Shown here: positions 1 to 12,013 of the stretch, piece by piece | How positions within the stretch are numbered: the first letter of the stretch is position 1 | How the letters are laid out: every line of letters starts with the position of its first letter | Assembly: GCA_951406725.2 (NCBI GenBank) | Contig: OX597819.1 | Location: 35,464,001 to 35,528,000 of the forward strand | Source of the DNA: Octopus vulgaris | Taxonomy: Eukaryota | Direction: 5' to 3' | DNA: 64,000 bases | The notes under the pieces: generated by a model | Databases searched by the model: none | What the model was told of the DNA's origin: nothing | The model's input: the letters and a program-made list of their open reading frames with translations, nothing else | Translations under genes and position numbers: made by a program

Positions 1-535
1 AGATAAAATCAAGAATATTTTATTAATTTATACTTTTTACATACCTTTCTTCAATGGCATTTAAATTATTTTCTGACTCATACTAATAATTTGAAATCAG
101 CCCTGACAAAAATTAGGATTAATCTGAAGCAAAAACATTATTACATGTCATTGAGTATAAAACATTTAAAGAGTATACCTAATGCAAAATACGAAAATTA
201 TGGTCAATACAAATATTTGATTTCTGTCAACACTTCCAGTATTAAATTCTATTTGTGGAGTGCATACATATGTATACTTTGATAGTAATTACTGGCAGCA
301 TAGGGATTGTCTGTAATAATTGGTGTTTTATCACAATAGGAGTGTATATTAGCCAGATGATGTCGCTTTGAAGACTGTCTTTAATTATCAAATATATAAA
401 AGCATGAAAAATATTGAATCATCTGGGAACGGATGAACTATGGACGTCCTTTCAAAACTACGGCTTAGTCTCTGATAGAGAATCGAGTAGTAGTAGTAGT
501 GGGGCTGCAACTACTGATGAACTTGGAAAGTGATA

Positions 536-624
536 ATGAAATAGGATATTTGGTGCACCTATCCTATGAAATAGGATATTTGGTGCACCTATCCTATGAA
601 ATAGGATATTTGGTGCACCTATCC
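536..624. repeat. 30-bp tandem repeat x3, each unit a hairpin
   Basis: Unit ATGAAATAGGATATTTGGTGCACCTATCCT at 536, 566 and 596; 8-bp stem ATAGGATA/TATCCTAT around a GGTGCACC palindrome. Confidence 0.95.
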
Positions 625-1511
625 AAGCTGCAAGTTGCAGTGAGGTCTCGTGTTTTGGCTGTAAGTTGGCTGAGTTGATAACATAGATTGAATAATTTAA
701 TCTACATTGCTCCAGTTCACTTAGTTGAAGAGAATAGGCGCCAGATTTCGTAATCACGCATTGACAATGCATAAGATAACAGGTAATTTGACTAAGTATC
801 TATTGTCTGTGTATGATGTAAATATTTATTCCATGACTAATAGATTGATTTCAGGATATTTTCAGTCTGTCTTACATTTTTTTCTAACTTGATAAATAAA
901 ATTCCTTTGAGTCTTAAAAGGAAGTTTAATAAACTTTTTGCATCATATCTTTTCCAGTTCTGTCGAGGTCTCTAGGAGCAATACGTAGTCCAGCTATTAT
1001 TATCTGGCAATATATTATTTTTACAGTTTTACATTTGCTGCCATTCAACACAAAAATTTTAGTACTCAGAAAACTTGTTCCTGGTGCCAAAACATAATAT
1101 AGATTTAAAAAATTACAACAGTATAACTTTAGAAAATATCACTTTATTACAAAAAAAAAAATTGCCAAAATGTGTTTGAAATGTTGTGGGATAAATTTGG
1201 GAGACAGCATTTAACAGATCAAAGATCTAGGATTAGTCAATTGTGTGGATGCTTTAATAAAATTCATGAGCTACTGCTAATATACAAACAAAAATATTCC
1301 AATCTATGTCTTGGCTGTTATAGTTCTGGTAGCGAATTAGTTATTACAATTAAATTACAATAATTTATTACAAAAAAATTACCAGTCTTATACTGAAGTG
1401 GATTTCTCTCTGTCTCCCTCACTCTCTCAAAGAAATTGGCTATGGTCTGACCTGGAGGAGATAGGCTCCAGCAAATTAATAAAAAAAAATGTCCAATACA
1501 TGCTGTGTTGT

Positions 1512-1926
1512 AAGCATTTGTCTTATGAAGAAAGGCTGAAGACACTCGACCTTTATTCTCTAGAAAAACGATGATGCTGTGGTGATCTCATTCTTGCTCA
1601 CAACATCATAAGCGGAAAGTGTAACCTCTCGAAAGAGCTGTTCTTCACTCCTGCTCCAGAGCGTCGGCTGCGGGGTCACTCCGAAAAGCTCTATCTGTGA
1701 CGATTTCATCTCATTCGAAGGAGAGGGGCTTTCTCCGTCCAGGTTGCGGATCCGTGGAATAAGCTGCCGGACGAGATAGTGAAGATGCCGACGACCGCTC
1801 GGTTCAAAGTCTCTCTTGACCAGAAATGGCCTGAACTCTTTGTATGATCACCCTCTCTGTACATAACTCCCTGTCCCCCTACATGGCCTTGCTTTTTGCT
1901 TTTTGAGCCAAAAAATTAACTTAACT
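1512..1926 (+). mobile_element. 5'-truncated CR1-like LINE (ORF2 C-terminus, 3' UTR, short TAACT tail)
   Basis: Frame from 1518: LSYEERLKTLDLYSLEKR*CCGDLILAHNII...RLRGHSEKL...FSVQVADPWNKLPDEIV...FKVSLD..., stop at 1845-1847. Matches CR1-clade motifs YEERL, RRLRGDLI, RGH..KL, WN.LP, FK..LD. Premature stops at 1572 and 1698. Confidence 0.9.
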
Positions 1927-4043
1927 ATAGCTCTCTCATTACAATTCCACCCACAGAAGAGCACCCATAACACAATGTAGCTGTTATGGTGGCTAATGTA
2001 TAAAAACTTCAAAAGTATTTGAAAGTAAAAATACTTCATCTTTGAGGTCAAAGTGAAAATAAAGCTTACAGTACACCTTAACAAAAATCAATAAAAAAAA
2101 AACAACAACATCGTGTACTGAAATACTGCGGCCTAGTTGTTGTTGAGTTTCTCTTGTCATCTTTATCAAGTAGGCAAATGACATGTTAGAAGTTGAATAA
2201 CTGGTTGCAATGTAGAGATCCAGTGCTCTCAATACATCATGCCACTGTCTAGTTCAAGACTGTACTATACAGTCTCACATGCACTGGTTTGTCAAATAGG
2301 GTGTAAGGTGGCAGTTTGGGTATATTAGATTTTCTATATTGTCGAGCCTGTTGTTGTTTAGCCTCAGATCAACTCTGATTAAACAGACTTATGAACAAAA
2401 GCTTTCTAGTCATGACTCTCCTGCCTTTCTGTCAAGCATTGTGCACTTAGGACTACAACATCTGCGTCTCCTTTGCAGGGTGTGAGTCGAGGGGTTTTTG
2501 GTTGTTAACAGCTCAACTGACTAAATTGAGATTCTCTTATTGGTTTTTCTGTTGTGTTGTTTAGCCCTAGGCTAGTTCTGTTTGAGCTGGCTTCTGACCA
2601 GATGTTCTTGCTGTGACTATCTCAACTTTTTATCAGATATATTATAGATAATACTACAATATTAAACGTGTCAATTTAGTTTTTTAAGAAAGAAATGATC
2701 CAAAGGAGAATAAGGTTACTACATCTAACATGATGAGTAACCTTGTAGAGGCTTCCTTGTTAGCTTTCTATGATTTGCTTGCGTTAGGCTGATATGTTTT
2801 GTTGGTGGCCACAACATATACTGGCAATGTGTCCTTATGTCTTGCTTCTTTTTTGGCAGTCTAAAAGAACTTCTTATTTCTTAACTTTCTAAATGAGATT
2901 CTGACATTCTAACTTTTTTGAAGTGTTTTACTCTTGATTTTTGCTGGCCAGTTCTGTACAGCCTTTTGTTATACTGCTCTGTGCTCTGCAGTATTGTATT
3001 GTGCTGTAAGTCACTCTATGTACCGTGTTGTGCTTTTACCACTCATTTGTGATGTTCATTGCTCACTCTTTCTACATATTAGTGGTTTAGATTGCAGTTA
3101 AATCTGTTGTGGTCTTTTATGAAAACTATCTACAGAGAAAAAGAAATAGGAATTTATATTTTCATCTTATTGAAATAAAGCTGTTGATTAAGGATATAAA
3201 AGTAAAAGTTAGTGCCTGTGGGATGATGATATTATCAATTTCAATTTTTTTTATTGGGTAGTAGGATTGCTTGAAACAGTGGAGTGCTTGATAAAATGTT
3301 CAGTCATTAGAACATTGGATAGAATGCCTTGAGGTATTTGTTTCAACTTTCCGTGTGCTCTGTGTTCAAATCCTGCTATAGTCAGCTTTGCTTTACATCC
3401 TTATGGTGTCAGGAAAAAGGCAAAACCGACAAAAAAGCAGCAAAAAAGTAACAAGAAATTAACCCCATTAATCCAGGGCAGTGGGTTGTCAGAGCAGGAT
3501 GCCTAGCACTATTTGTTCCAACTCTTGTTCTGAGTTCAAATCCCATATAACCTACTTGGGTGGTAGACTTGATCTTTTGCCCATTTTAACGTCACCACCT
3601 TGTACTTTGGGTATCTTTAGTGGAGTCCACTCTGATGCAAGCATTCAGGCCAGGTCTCCAGCTTGAGGGTAATTTTCTCCCTTTCTCCTTCCCTCTCACC
3701 AGTCTTAGAGACCCTGTTAAGGATCATGGGCAATACCTTCTTACCTGGCTAAAAGATTAAAAAGAAACCCATTTTGCACTTGAGGATTCAGGGTTAGCTT
3801 CATCCCCACCCACCAGGTTAGGCCTGCCAAAATTGTGATATGTCTTATATGCTCAGAAATACCTTATTTCCTTTCAACTATTCATATGTAGCCATTCTAA
3901 GTAACTAGTCATTATTTACCAGTTTTATAAATGGAGCATTTATCTGCAAAGTCTGATCAGATCTGCTCTCAAGGTTAACACCTATACAATTATATTTATT
4001 GCAGAATAAAAGCTTTTGTTATTTTTTTAAAACAATTACCAAC

Positions 4044-4173
4044 CACATGGTTCCGGGTTCAGTCCCACTGCGTGGCACCTTGGGCAAGTGTCTTCTACTA
4101 TAGCCTTGGGCTGACCAAAGTTTTGTGGGTGGATTTGGTAGATGGAAACTGAAAGCAGCCCGTCGTATATGTA

Positions 4174-4222
<49 letters not shown>

Positions 4223-4429
4223 TGTGTATCTGTGTTTGTCCCCTCAACATCGCTTGACAACCAATGCTGGTGTGATTACGTCCCCGTAACTTAGTGGTTT
4301 GGCAAAGAGACCGATAGAATAAGTACTAGGCTTCCAAAGAATAAGTCCTGGGGACGATTTGCTTGACAAAAGGTGGTGTTCCAGCATGGCCACAGTCACA
4401 TGACTGAAACAAGTAAAAGAGTAAAGAGT
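4044..4429 (+). mobile_element. tRNA-derived SINE family A, 5'-truncated
   Basis: Body GGTTCAGTCCCACTGCGTGGCACCTTGGGCAAGTG (CORE-like CCTTGGGCAAGT), internal (TA)n, GTAAAAGA-type tail; flanking direct repeat AATTACCAAC at 4034-4043 and 4430-4439. Confidence 0.9.
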
Positions 4430-5116
4430 AATTACCAACAATATTATAATTTTACCAGCATTGTCTTTCACTTACTTACATTGCTATTTGTGGGTGAGTG
4501 CTTGCTTCTATTGCCTTATGTAACATTGAACCAAATGATAAAACTAATTTAGAGACTATTCTAGCTCTCTGAATTCATTTTTTTGAACTCTCTTCTTCCC
4601 AATATCTGTCTCATCTCATTAACTACCGTCTGCTCAGTGCACCCCCTACTGGAGTTAATAAAAGAAACATTTTTCAAATTGGTTGTTTTTGAATTGTCTC
4701 TCCATAATATAAAGTGATTTATTGATTGATGTATTTTCTACTTAGCCACTCTAAGATACCCCCCACTAACATATCGATCGGCATATTGATTGACTTTTTT
4801 ATTTTATTTATTTATTTTTTTTTTTTAGAAAATCCCAGTTCTCAAACCTTTGTTATTTATACTTTAATATTGATGTATGTCTGTACTTGTTTACATATGG
4901 TTGCTATGTTGTGTTGAAAACATGCAACCTGCTGCATTTGTGTTCTGTTTGAGTTGGAATTAACTTTCTACATTTGTTTTCATATTGATAACTTTTTCAA
5001 CTTTTTTTTCACCTTTTTCAACTGGATGTATATGCAAATTAATATTTCCAGGAGTAAGCGTTTTTGCAACTGGGTAAATAAAGACATTCTGTAATCTTAA
5101 CAGATTGTAGGCTTAC

Positions 5117-5193
5117 CATTTAAAGGCTTCATCTTCATGTCTATCAAAGACAAATTAACCTGATGGGACTGGTCTCCTTTCAAATTGCTATGG
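5117..5193 (-). CDS. Candidate 77-nt internal exon (HSNLKGDQSHQVNLSLIDMKMKPLN)
   Basis: Minus strand: pyrimidine-rich tract ending TTTCTAG, exon, then ATG|GTAAGC donor; only one of three frames open. No homology recognised. Confidence 0.3.
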
Positions 5194-5343
5194 CTAGAAA
5201 TCATAGATATTTGGAGTAAAAAAAGTGAAATGTAAGTTTGTTATTCATGGACCAAGAATTTAGCATCATTATGTACTTCCCTTCACTTATTGTGTTGCTG
5301 TCAAGTCTGTTATCAAAATCGTTAATTATAATGTATTTGGATA

Positions 5344-5818
5344 AAGGCGGTGAGCTGGCAGAAACGTTAGCACGCCGGGCGAAATGCATAGCCATATTTC
5401 GTCTGCTGTTACGTTCTGAGTTCAAATTCCGCCGAGGTCGGCTTTGCCTTTCATCCTTTCGGGGTCGATTAAACAAGTACCAGTTACGCACTGAGGTCAA
5501 TATAATCGACTTAATCCGTTTGTCTGTCCTTGTTTGTCCTCTCTGTGTTTAGCCCCTTGTGGGTAGTAAAGAAATAGGTATTTTAAAGGCGGCGAGCTGG
5601 CAGATATGTTAGCACGCCGGGCGAAATGTGTAGCTGTATTTTGTCTGCCGTTACGTTGTGAGTTCAAATTCTGCCGAGGTCGACTTTACCTTTCATCCTT
5701 TTGGGGTTGATAAATTAAGTACCAGTTACGCACTGGGGTCGATGTAATCGACTTAATCCCTTTGTCTGTCCTTGTTTGTCCTCTCTATGTTTAGCCCCTT
5801 GTGGGCAATAAAGAAATA
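5344..5818 (+). mobile_element. Head-to-tail dimer of tRNA-derived SINE family B
   Basis: Two ~235-bp units (from 5344 and 5586) AAGGCGGYGAGCTGGCAGA...GAGTTCAAATTC (B-box)...CCTTTCATCCTTTCGGGGTCGAT...AAAGAAATA; central block resembles the Meta-SINE domain as I recall it. Confidence 0.92.
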
Positions 5819-7112
5819 TATAATGAATTGGATTTCGTTATTGAGAACTATATCTCTAAAAATTGTCTGACAGCCAATGAAGAAAATGTATTAAGTATTG
5901 AACAATGGAAACTGAAATCATGATGGTTATGATGCTTCTTCATAGCTATACATATATGTCGTTTATTGGTTGTTATTTCAACTAATATTCATTTTCAAGA
6001 GAAAGTAATTATTGGAAGAATTTGATGAGTACTAAACTAAATATGAATTTATTAATTATGATGTTCAAAGTTCATTAGTATTAACTTTGACTTTCATCTC
6101 TTTGTGAGCCAATAAAATAAATGCCAGAATATACTGGAGTTGATCTAATCAGCCACATTCTTCCTTTTAAAAAAATTGGTCCTATGTCTAGTGAAAAAAT
6201 AATAATTGATATTGATTGTTAAGTGATCAAATTTCATAAATTTGCATTAATTTCTAAATAGTTTTTTTTCTTCTTTTCTTTTAACAACCCCTATAAATTG
6301 AACCCAAATAATATTATGTGAAGCAAGCTTTGTGAACATCTGTTGTTTATGACTGCTTATTTTATTTTTCTGTTTTACTTGTTGAGTCTGGAAGAATGGT
6401 AGTGTTCATGATCTTCATATGCCTGTGAATCCCCCTTTTTGGGGAGAGGGCTGCATGTGACATGGCTCACATTAAGCAGGCCACACTTCTAAAATTATCG
6501 GAAGAAATTTTTCATTAGATATGCCATTGAGAAACTCTCATGAGCCACAAGTTGCCCATGACTGATTTGAATTTTTGCTGGTCAATAATGGCAAGAGAGC
6601 GTTGGCAGGAATAAGATTTTAGCGGACTGATGATCTGTGGAGAAAAGACAGCATAGTGGTTAGTGAGGAGCTGTGTGGGTGAGGTCAGACACAGTTGGGA
6701 TGAGATGTGAAGACATAAGTGAGTTATATGAGACCAATCAGCTCCAAGGAACAGAGGCCATTATAGTAGCAATAATTTTAACACTTCAGTTATATGACAA
6801 CCATTTCTCTCTGGTTCTTTTGCTAAAAAACCTTTTGTCATACTGGTTCAGCTGTAATGAGGGTAATTGGTTTGTTAGTATAAAACATTTTCCCTTTCAT
6901 CATGGGATCAAGTATATTTTAAGTGAAATTTGTATATTTGTCAATTTATCAATAATGATTTACTCTGCTTCTTTATTGATATAATTTATTGACCGTGTAA
7001 AAACAGAAAGTGATTTTATAATCAACTTGTTTGCTCCAGACTTGTTTGTTTGCCAAGTTTAATGTTTTTGTCAACTTGTATTGTAAAGTGTAGTCTACTG
7101 CCTTGATATATA

Positions 7113-7195
<83 letters not shown>

Positions 7196-7234
7196 GTGTG
7201 TGTGTATATAGTTTACTTTGCGATTACATTGTCT

Positions 7235-7590
7235 CAGGTTCAGTCCCTCTGTGTGGCCTCTTGGGCAAGTGTCTTCTACAGCTGAGAAGCAACCAAAGCC
7301 TTGTGAGTGAATTTGGTGGTCAGAAACTGAAAGTAGCCCATTGACTCTGTATGTGTGTGTGTGTGTAAAGAGATAAACAACCATGACTGCCATTGTGTTG
7401 TTCATTACAATCTTCTGTGAAAACATGTCTAACTATTGTGCTGTTCTTGTTTGAAGAATTAGGGTTAATGTTAACTTGCTTGGATACTGATGAAGGTCGG
7501 CAATAGGAAGAACATCTGATAGTAGAAAATCTGTCTCAACTAATTTCTTCTGACCAATGGAAACATGGACATTAAAGCTTTGATGATGAT
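7235..7590 (+). mobile_element. Diverged family A-related SINE with alternative (GAT)n tail
   Basis: GGTTCAGTCCCTCTGTGTGGCCTCTTGGGCAAGTG body; ends CATGGACATTAAAGCTTTGATGATGAT. Confidence 0.7.
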
Positions 7591-7888
7591 TACAATATTT
7601 TTATAACTAGTTTTCTTTGAAATTGGTCAATGGTTATGTCTAAGAAAAATTCAATAACTAGCTATGGAATTTTTTAAAACAATTATTAATTTACCAATTC
7701 CTCTTTAAATTCTTTAAAGGTTATTTTATGCTAATGTTTTTAATGTTGTCTGCCATAAATTAAGTAATCAATACTTATAAACATGTACAGGCCATGTTTT
7801 AACATATTGCATTATTTGCATCATAACAGATCATTGCAATGATTTGATATATATATATCTGTAAATGTAATAGGTGACAATTATTCGG

Positions 7889-7962
7889 TAGCCATGATAA
7901 AACTCCGAGTTTCGGATGCCGAGGTGGAAATCCACGCCGCCATCTCTTCAGTTATCCGGCCA
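7889..7962 (-). ncRNA. Type I hammerhead ribozyme (Penelope/retrozyme-like) in a ~140-bp insert between (TA)n tracts
   Basis: Minus strand: UGGCC-G-GAUAA CUGAAGA [GAUG..GUGGA UU UCCAC..CAUC C] GAAA CUC G GAG U U UUAUC-AU-GGCUA. Stems I, II and III all pair; core CUGANGA at 7951-7945, GAAA at 7913-7910, GUU triplet with predicted cut between 7901 and 7900. Confidence 0.75.
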
Positions 7963-8102
7963 TTGGAAAAATGCCCTTTTGTTGTCTTACCATTTTTATC
8001 AATATATATATATACACACACACACAACATAGCTATGCCGGCACCTCTGTGAGTGAATGTATGTACACACACGCACGCACACACACACACACACACACAC
8101 AC

Positions 8103-8434
<332 letters not shown>

Positions 8435-8462
8435 CAAAGTGAAATTGTAAGGAATCGCATGA

Positions 8463-8838
8463 AATTTTAAAAGGTGTTTTTTCACTTGACTGGTTTCACT
8501 CTTTTAGAAAAAGATTGTCAAAAGTAAAATGTAAAAGCTTTGTTGTGTTAAGTACTGGTTGTCACCAAATATTACAATACATATATACATTCTTTGATAA
8601 TAATAAGAAGAAAATGTTAAAAACAGTTCGCAAGGAAATATCTTAAGAAAGTATGTTTTCTTGTAAACTGTTTTTAACATTTTCTTATTAGTATCAAGAA
8701 ATGTATATATGTATTGTAATATTTGGTGACAACAAGTACTTAACACAACAAAGCTTTTAGAAAGCTTTACATGTTACTTTTGACAATCTTTTTTCTAAAA
8801 AAGTGAAACTGGTCAAGTGAATAAACATCTTTAAAATT
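8463..8838. mobile_element. ~375-bp foldback palindrome (MITE-like) between (TA)n tracts
   Basis: Arms of ~180 bp; 8558-8591 is the exact reverse complement of 8700-8733; centre near 8645. Confidence 0.9.
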
Positions 8839-9009
8839 GCACTTTCATACCTTCTTTCATATATATATTGGAACCTGTTGCAGCCTTCTGGCTTGTCAGT
8901 CCTCAGTCAGTCTGTCCAACCCATGCCAGCAGAGAAAGCGGATGTTAAATGACGACGATGATGATATATATATGTGTGTGTGTGTGTGTGTGCGCGTATA
9001 TATATATAA

Positions 9010-9241
9010 CACTCTCCTCACGGGCACCCATCATTGACCCTATCATATCACTGACTCCTTCACCTGTACTTCTAGCAACGTCATCTACTGCATCTCCTGG
9101 TCACTCTTTACAACACCTGTGTTTGGATTGTCCTTGCAAAGGGGCCATCTGGACTCCTGTCTTCGTCGTGAGCAGGGATTAATCTTCTCTCTTTGCTCCT
9201 TTGTGTCACATGGGCTCAACTCTCCTCCCTTCTTCATCTAA
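9010..9241 (+). mobile_element. Penelope-like element remnant (internally deleted GIY-YIG endonuclease region)
   Basis: Frame from 9047: ITDSFTCTSSNVIYCISW...VFGLSLQRGHLDSCLRREQGLIFSLCSFVSHGLNSPPFFI*. Matches PLE motifs FTCxSxNVIYCIxC and R..EQ.LIF.L....P.GLN; the YIGET segment is missing. Confidence 0.8.
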
Positions 9242-11776
9242 CCCTCCTCCTCTCTTCCTCTCACACCTACTTCCTTCCACGCACCTCTCCTCTCTTGCTC
9301 TGGCACCTACTTCCTCTCCTCGCTCCTACCCACCCTCTCCCTTCTACCCTCCCCTTCACTGTCAGCCCTCTAATGTTAACCCACCCTTACACATTCCAAC
9401 CCCACCATCCCTATAATTCCATATTATATATTTATCATTCATTTTATACTATTTGAGATCTAGTTATAAGTTATATATTTAAAATAATATATATATATAT
9501 ATATATATTATTTGTTATTTATGTATTGGTTTATGTCTATCACTGTTTGAGTTGCATAATAGTGGTTTTATCTCTAATTCATATTTTATAAATATATATA
9601 TATATATATATGGTGTGTGTTTGTCCTCCAGCACACTTGACAACTAGTGTTGGTTTCTTAACGTTCCTGCAACTAGCCAGTTTAGCAAAAGAGAATGATA
9701 GAATAAGCTCCTGGAACTTGTTTGAATAAACTCTTCAAATCAGTACTCCAGTATGGTCATGGTCTAATGACAATTGGATAATAATGATATATAATTAGAA
9801 TTGCCATTTAAGCATTTTTCTACTATATTTTATATTTACCCATAAAGTTTTTGTTTTTCCAAAAGTTCCATCTTGGTCTGAAGTCTTTCGTTTCATTTCA
9901 ACTCTAAGGAGAACTATCAGCGAATGTTATATACTTAATTAGCAAATAGTTAATTTATTGAAAGAAACAACCAGTGATAATGATTAACCTATATATAATG
10001 TAATGTAATCCCCAAATTCCTGGATTTATTATTGTAGCTTGGATATTTTAATAATCTCACTTTCTTTGTTTGGAAAGATAAATGTAAACATGGAGAATAT
10101 TTTTTTTCACCCTCTACTTTCTATCATTATAATGTAAAGGACAGATGGTCTGCTAGGAAAATGAAAGGATAGGGTAAGATTAAAAAAAAAAAATCTTTTG
10201 CTGTCTTTTAAGTGTGGCAGGATGTTTGAAATAAAGATTAACCGATAGAACTGCCAACTCAGATTTCTTAATTGATTGCTTGTGTTTTATCAGTCACCAC
10301 TGCAGATATCCATGTTATCTGAATCTAACCCCCAGCTGGGATGTCACATAAATTGGATTATCTTGGTCTCCTCTAAATACTGAAAGGATGAATTTTGAAA
10401 ATCCAGAGTTAGTACTAGAAGTATTTTCTTACAGCAAAATCTTGAAATTTCTTTCTTGCCTCTTCTCTGCATCCTCCTGTTTCCTTAGACTTCCATTCCC
10501 ATTATTCCCACACAGCACAGTCACTCTTTATCTTATCTATTAGCCTCCCACTCTTGTTCTCCATTTACCTAGTGGTACCAGGTACTTTGAGTGTGTTATT
10601 TCTTAGTAAAACTGTTTGAGGACATTTATATTTGGTTACATCTTATTTCTGGTTGTAAGTCAATACTTAGAATATTCAAAATGGTTTGTAAATTGAGAAA
10701 GAGAAATGAAAAATATATAGAAGGTAGGTAGTTGTTATAAGTGAGATCCAAAATGCAATAGGAAGTAGTAGCAAGTTACAACTTAATTCCTTATTGCCAT
10801 TGTTCCTATAGTGTTTTAATTTTAATCTCTAAGAGATTCTTAGAACATGTAAGAACAAGTACAACTATCAGCTTGGATTTACTTTACAATGTTAAATATT
10901 CTTACAAAATCTGAATTTTGGAAATGGGAATCCCGGGAAGCTGAGAAAGTAGCTGGGCATTGATTAGTGTATGTAGGTATGTGATGACTCTATTAATGTT
11001 GATATGTGATGAGGATAGATCTGTGAGCTGGGTGGAAAAGTGATATTTGTGCAGGTGGCTAATGGAGACAGGAACATAAAAAGACTGGAATTGAGATAGG
11101 TAGATCTGGCTTAATGAAGTTCGTTTACATTTCATAAATTGTTGATAAATTAAGATAGTTGGTGAGAAGCTTGTTTGGAAATATAATTACTGAACCAGAA
11201 ATAGTGGTGATAGTGATGATGGATGATAATGATATTGTTTTTATCTAGTAAGTTCTTGGCTTTTTAAATTTTTTATTTATTTATTTCTTTTAAGAGAAAT
11301 AAATACATAATCTTATATACATCCATTCTCTCCCTCATTCATTGGTATTTCTGAAATACTTATGTTTTGGTGGACCCATTTTTACAGTGGTAATTTGAAT
11401 AGTTAATATTGCCTGTCTGTTATATTATAGTCACATAGTAAATCATGCATTTGCTTTACTCTGCACTATTTTAATGAGTCACACAGTGGAGTGGATGCCA
11501 TAATATAATCAGATACTTAACACAGTAAACATTTTTACTTCGTTTCAGTTGTTGATGATAATCTTTGTGTATTTTAGATTGATATTTTCTTGTTACTTGG
11601 TTTCAATAAAGAGAGATAAATACTTTGTAAGCTTGTGTTCAAGTTCTTTCGAAACATCTTACTCTTTTCAGGTTTGTTAGTATTGAGTTGTTCTATAATG
11701 TTAGTCAGTTGTCTGAGCTGGTTGACTCGATCTCTTGCATAGTTTAACATTGCCACTTGGTCTTTGAGTACCTTAA

Positions 11777-12013
11777 CCCTTTAGTGTTCGCATTATTCTT
11801 TCAAAATTAATCCTTTTTTTATCCACATTGCCTTGAACTAATCATGCATTATCTTGTAGCTATGAGATTTTGATGAGGCAGCTGTTAATTTTGAAAACGA
11901 TATTGTAGGGTTGGTGTGAGAGGCCAGATATGGCCAGTTTGAACATAAAACAGGTAGAATATTTTTGGCTGGTTATAGTTCAAGGTAGAATATTTTTGGC
12001 CGGTTATAGTTCA
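11777..12013. mobile_element. piggyBac-like MITE family P1, right end lost
   Basis: TTAA|CCCTTTAGTGTTC start and body homologous to 39219-39439; ends in a 31-bp tandem duplication (11952-12013) instead of the right TIR. Confidence 0.8.

Noticed and set aside
340-533. Protein-like short frames (e.g. LNHLGTDELWTSFQNYGLVSDRES...)
   Set aside because: No convincing splice acceptor or start codon, and no recognised homology.
514-535. CTGATGA-ACTTG-GAAA hammerhead-like text (also minus strand near 42335-42350 and 35380-35400)
   Set aside because: No stem II or supporting stems I and III.
536-624. CRISPR-like hairpin repeats (also 48554-48708)
   Set aside because: Contiguous tandem copies with no spacers, no cas genes, and a eukaryotic context.
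4036-4260. Recurrent peptides such as IVEDTCPRCHAVGLNPEPCGW and RSEFKFRRGRLCLSSF
   Set aside because: They recur because they are SINE A and B translations, not a protein family.
5052-5200. + strand FCNWVNK...DG resemblance to a calponin-homology domain start
   Set aside because: Needs several frameshifts and stops; the match is too short to support.
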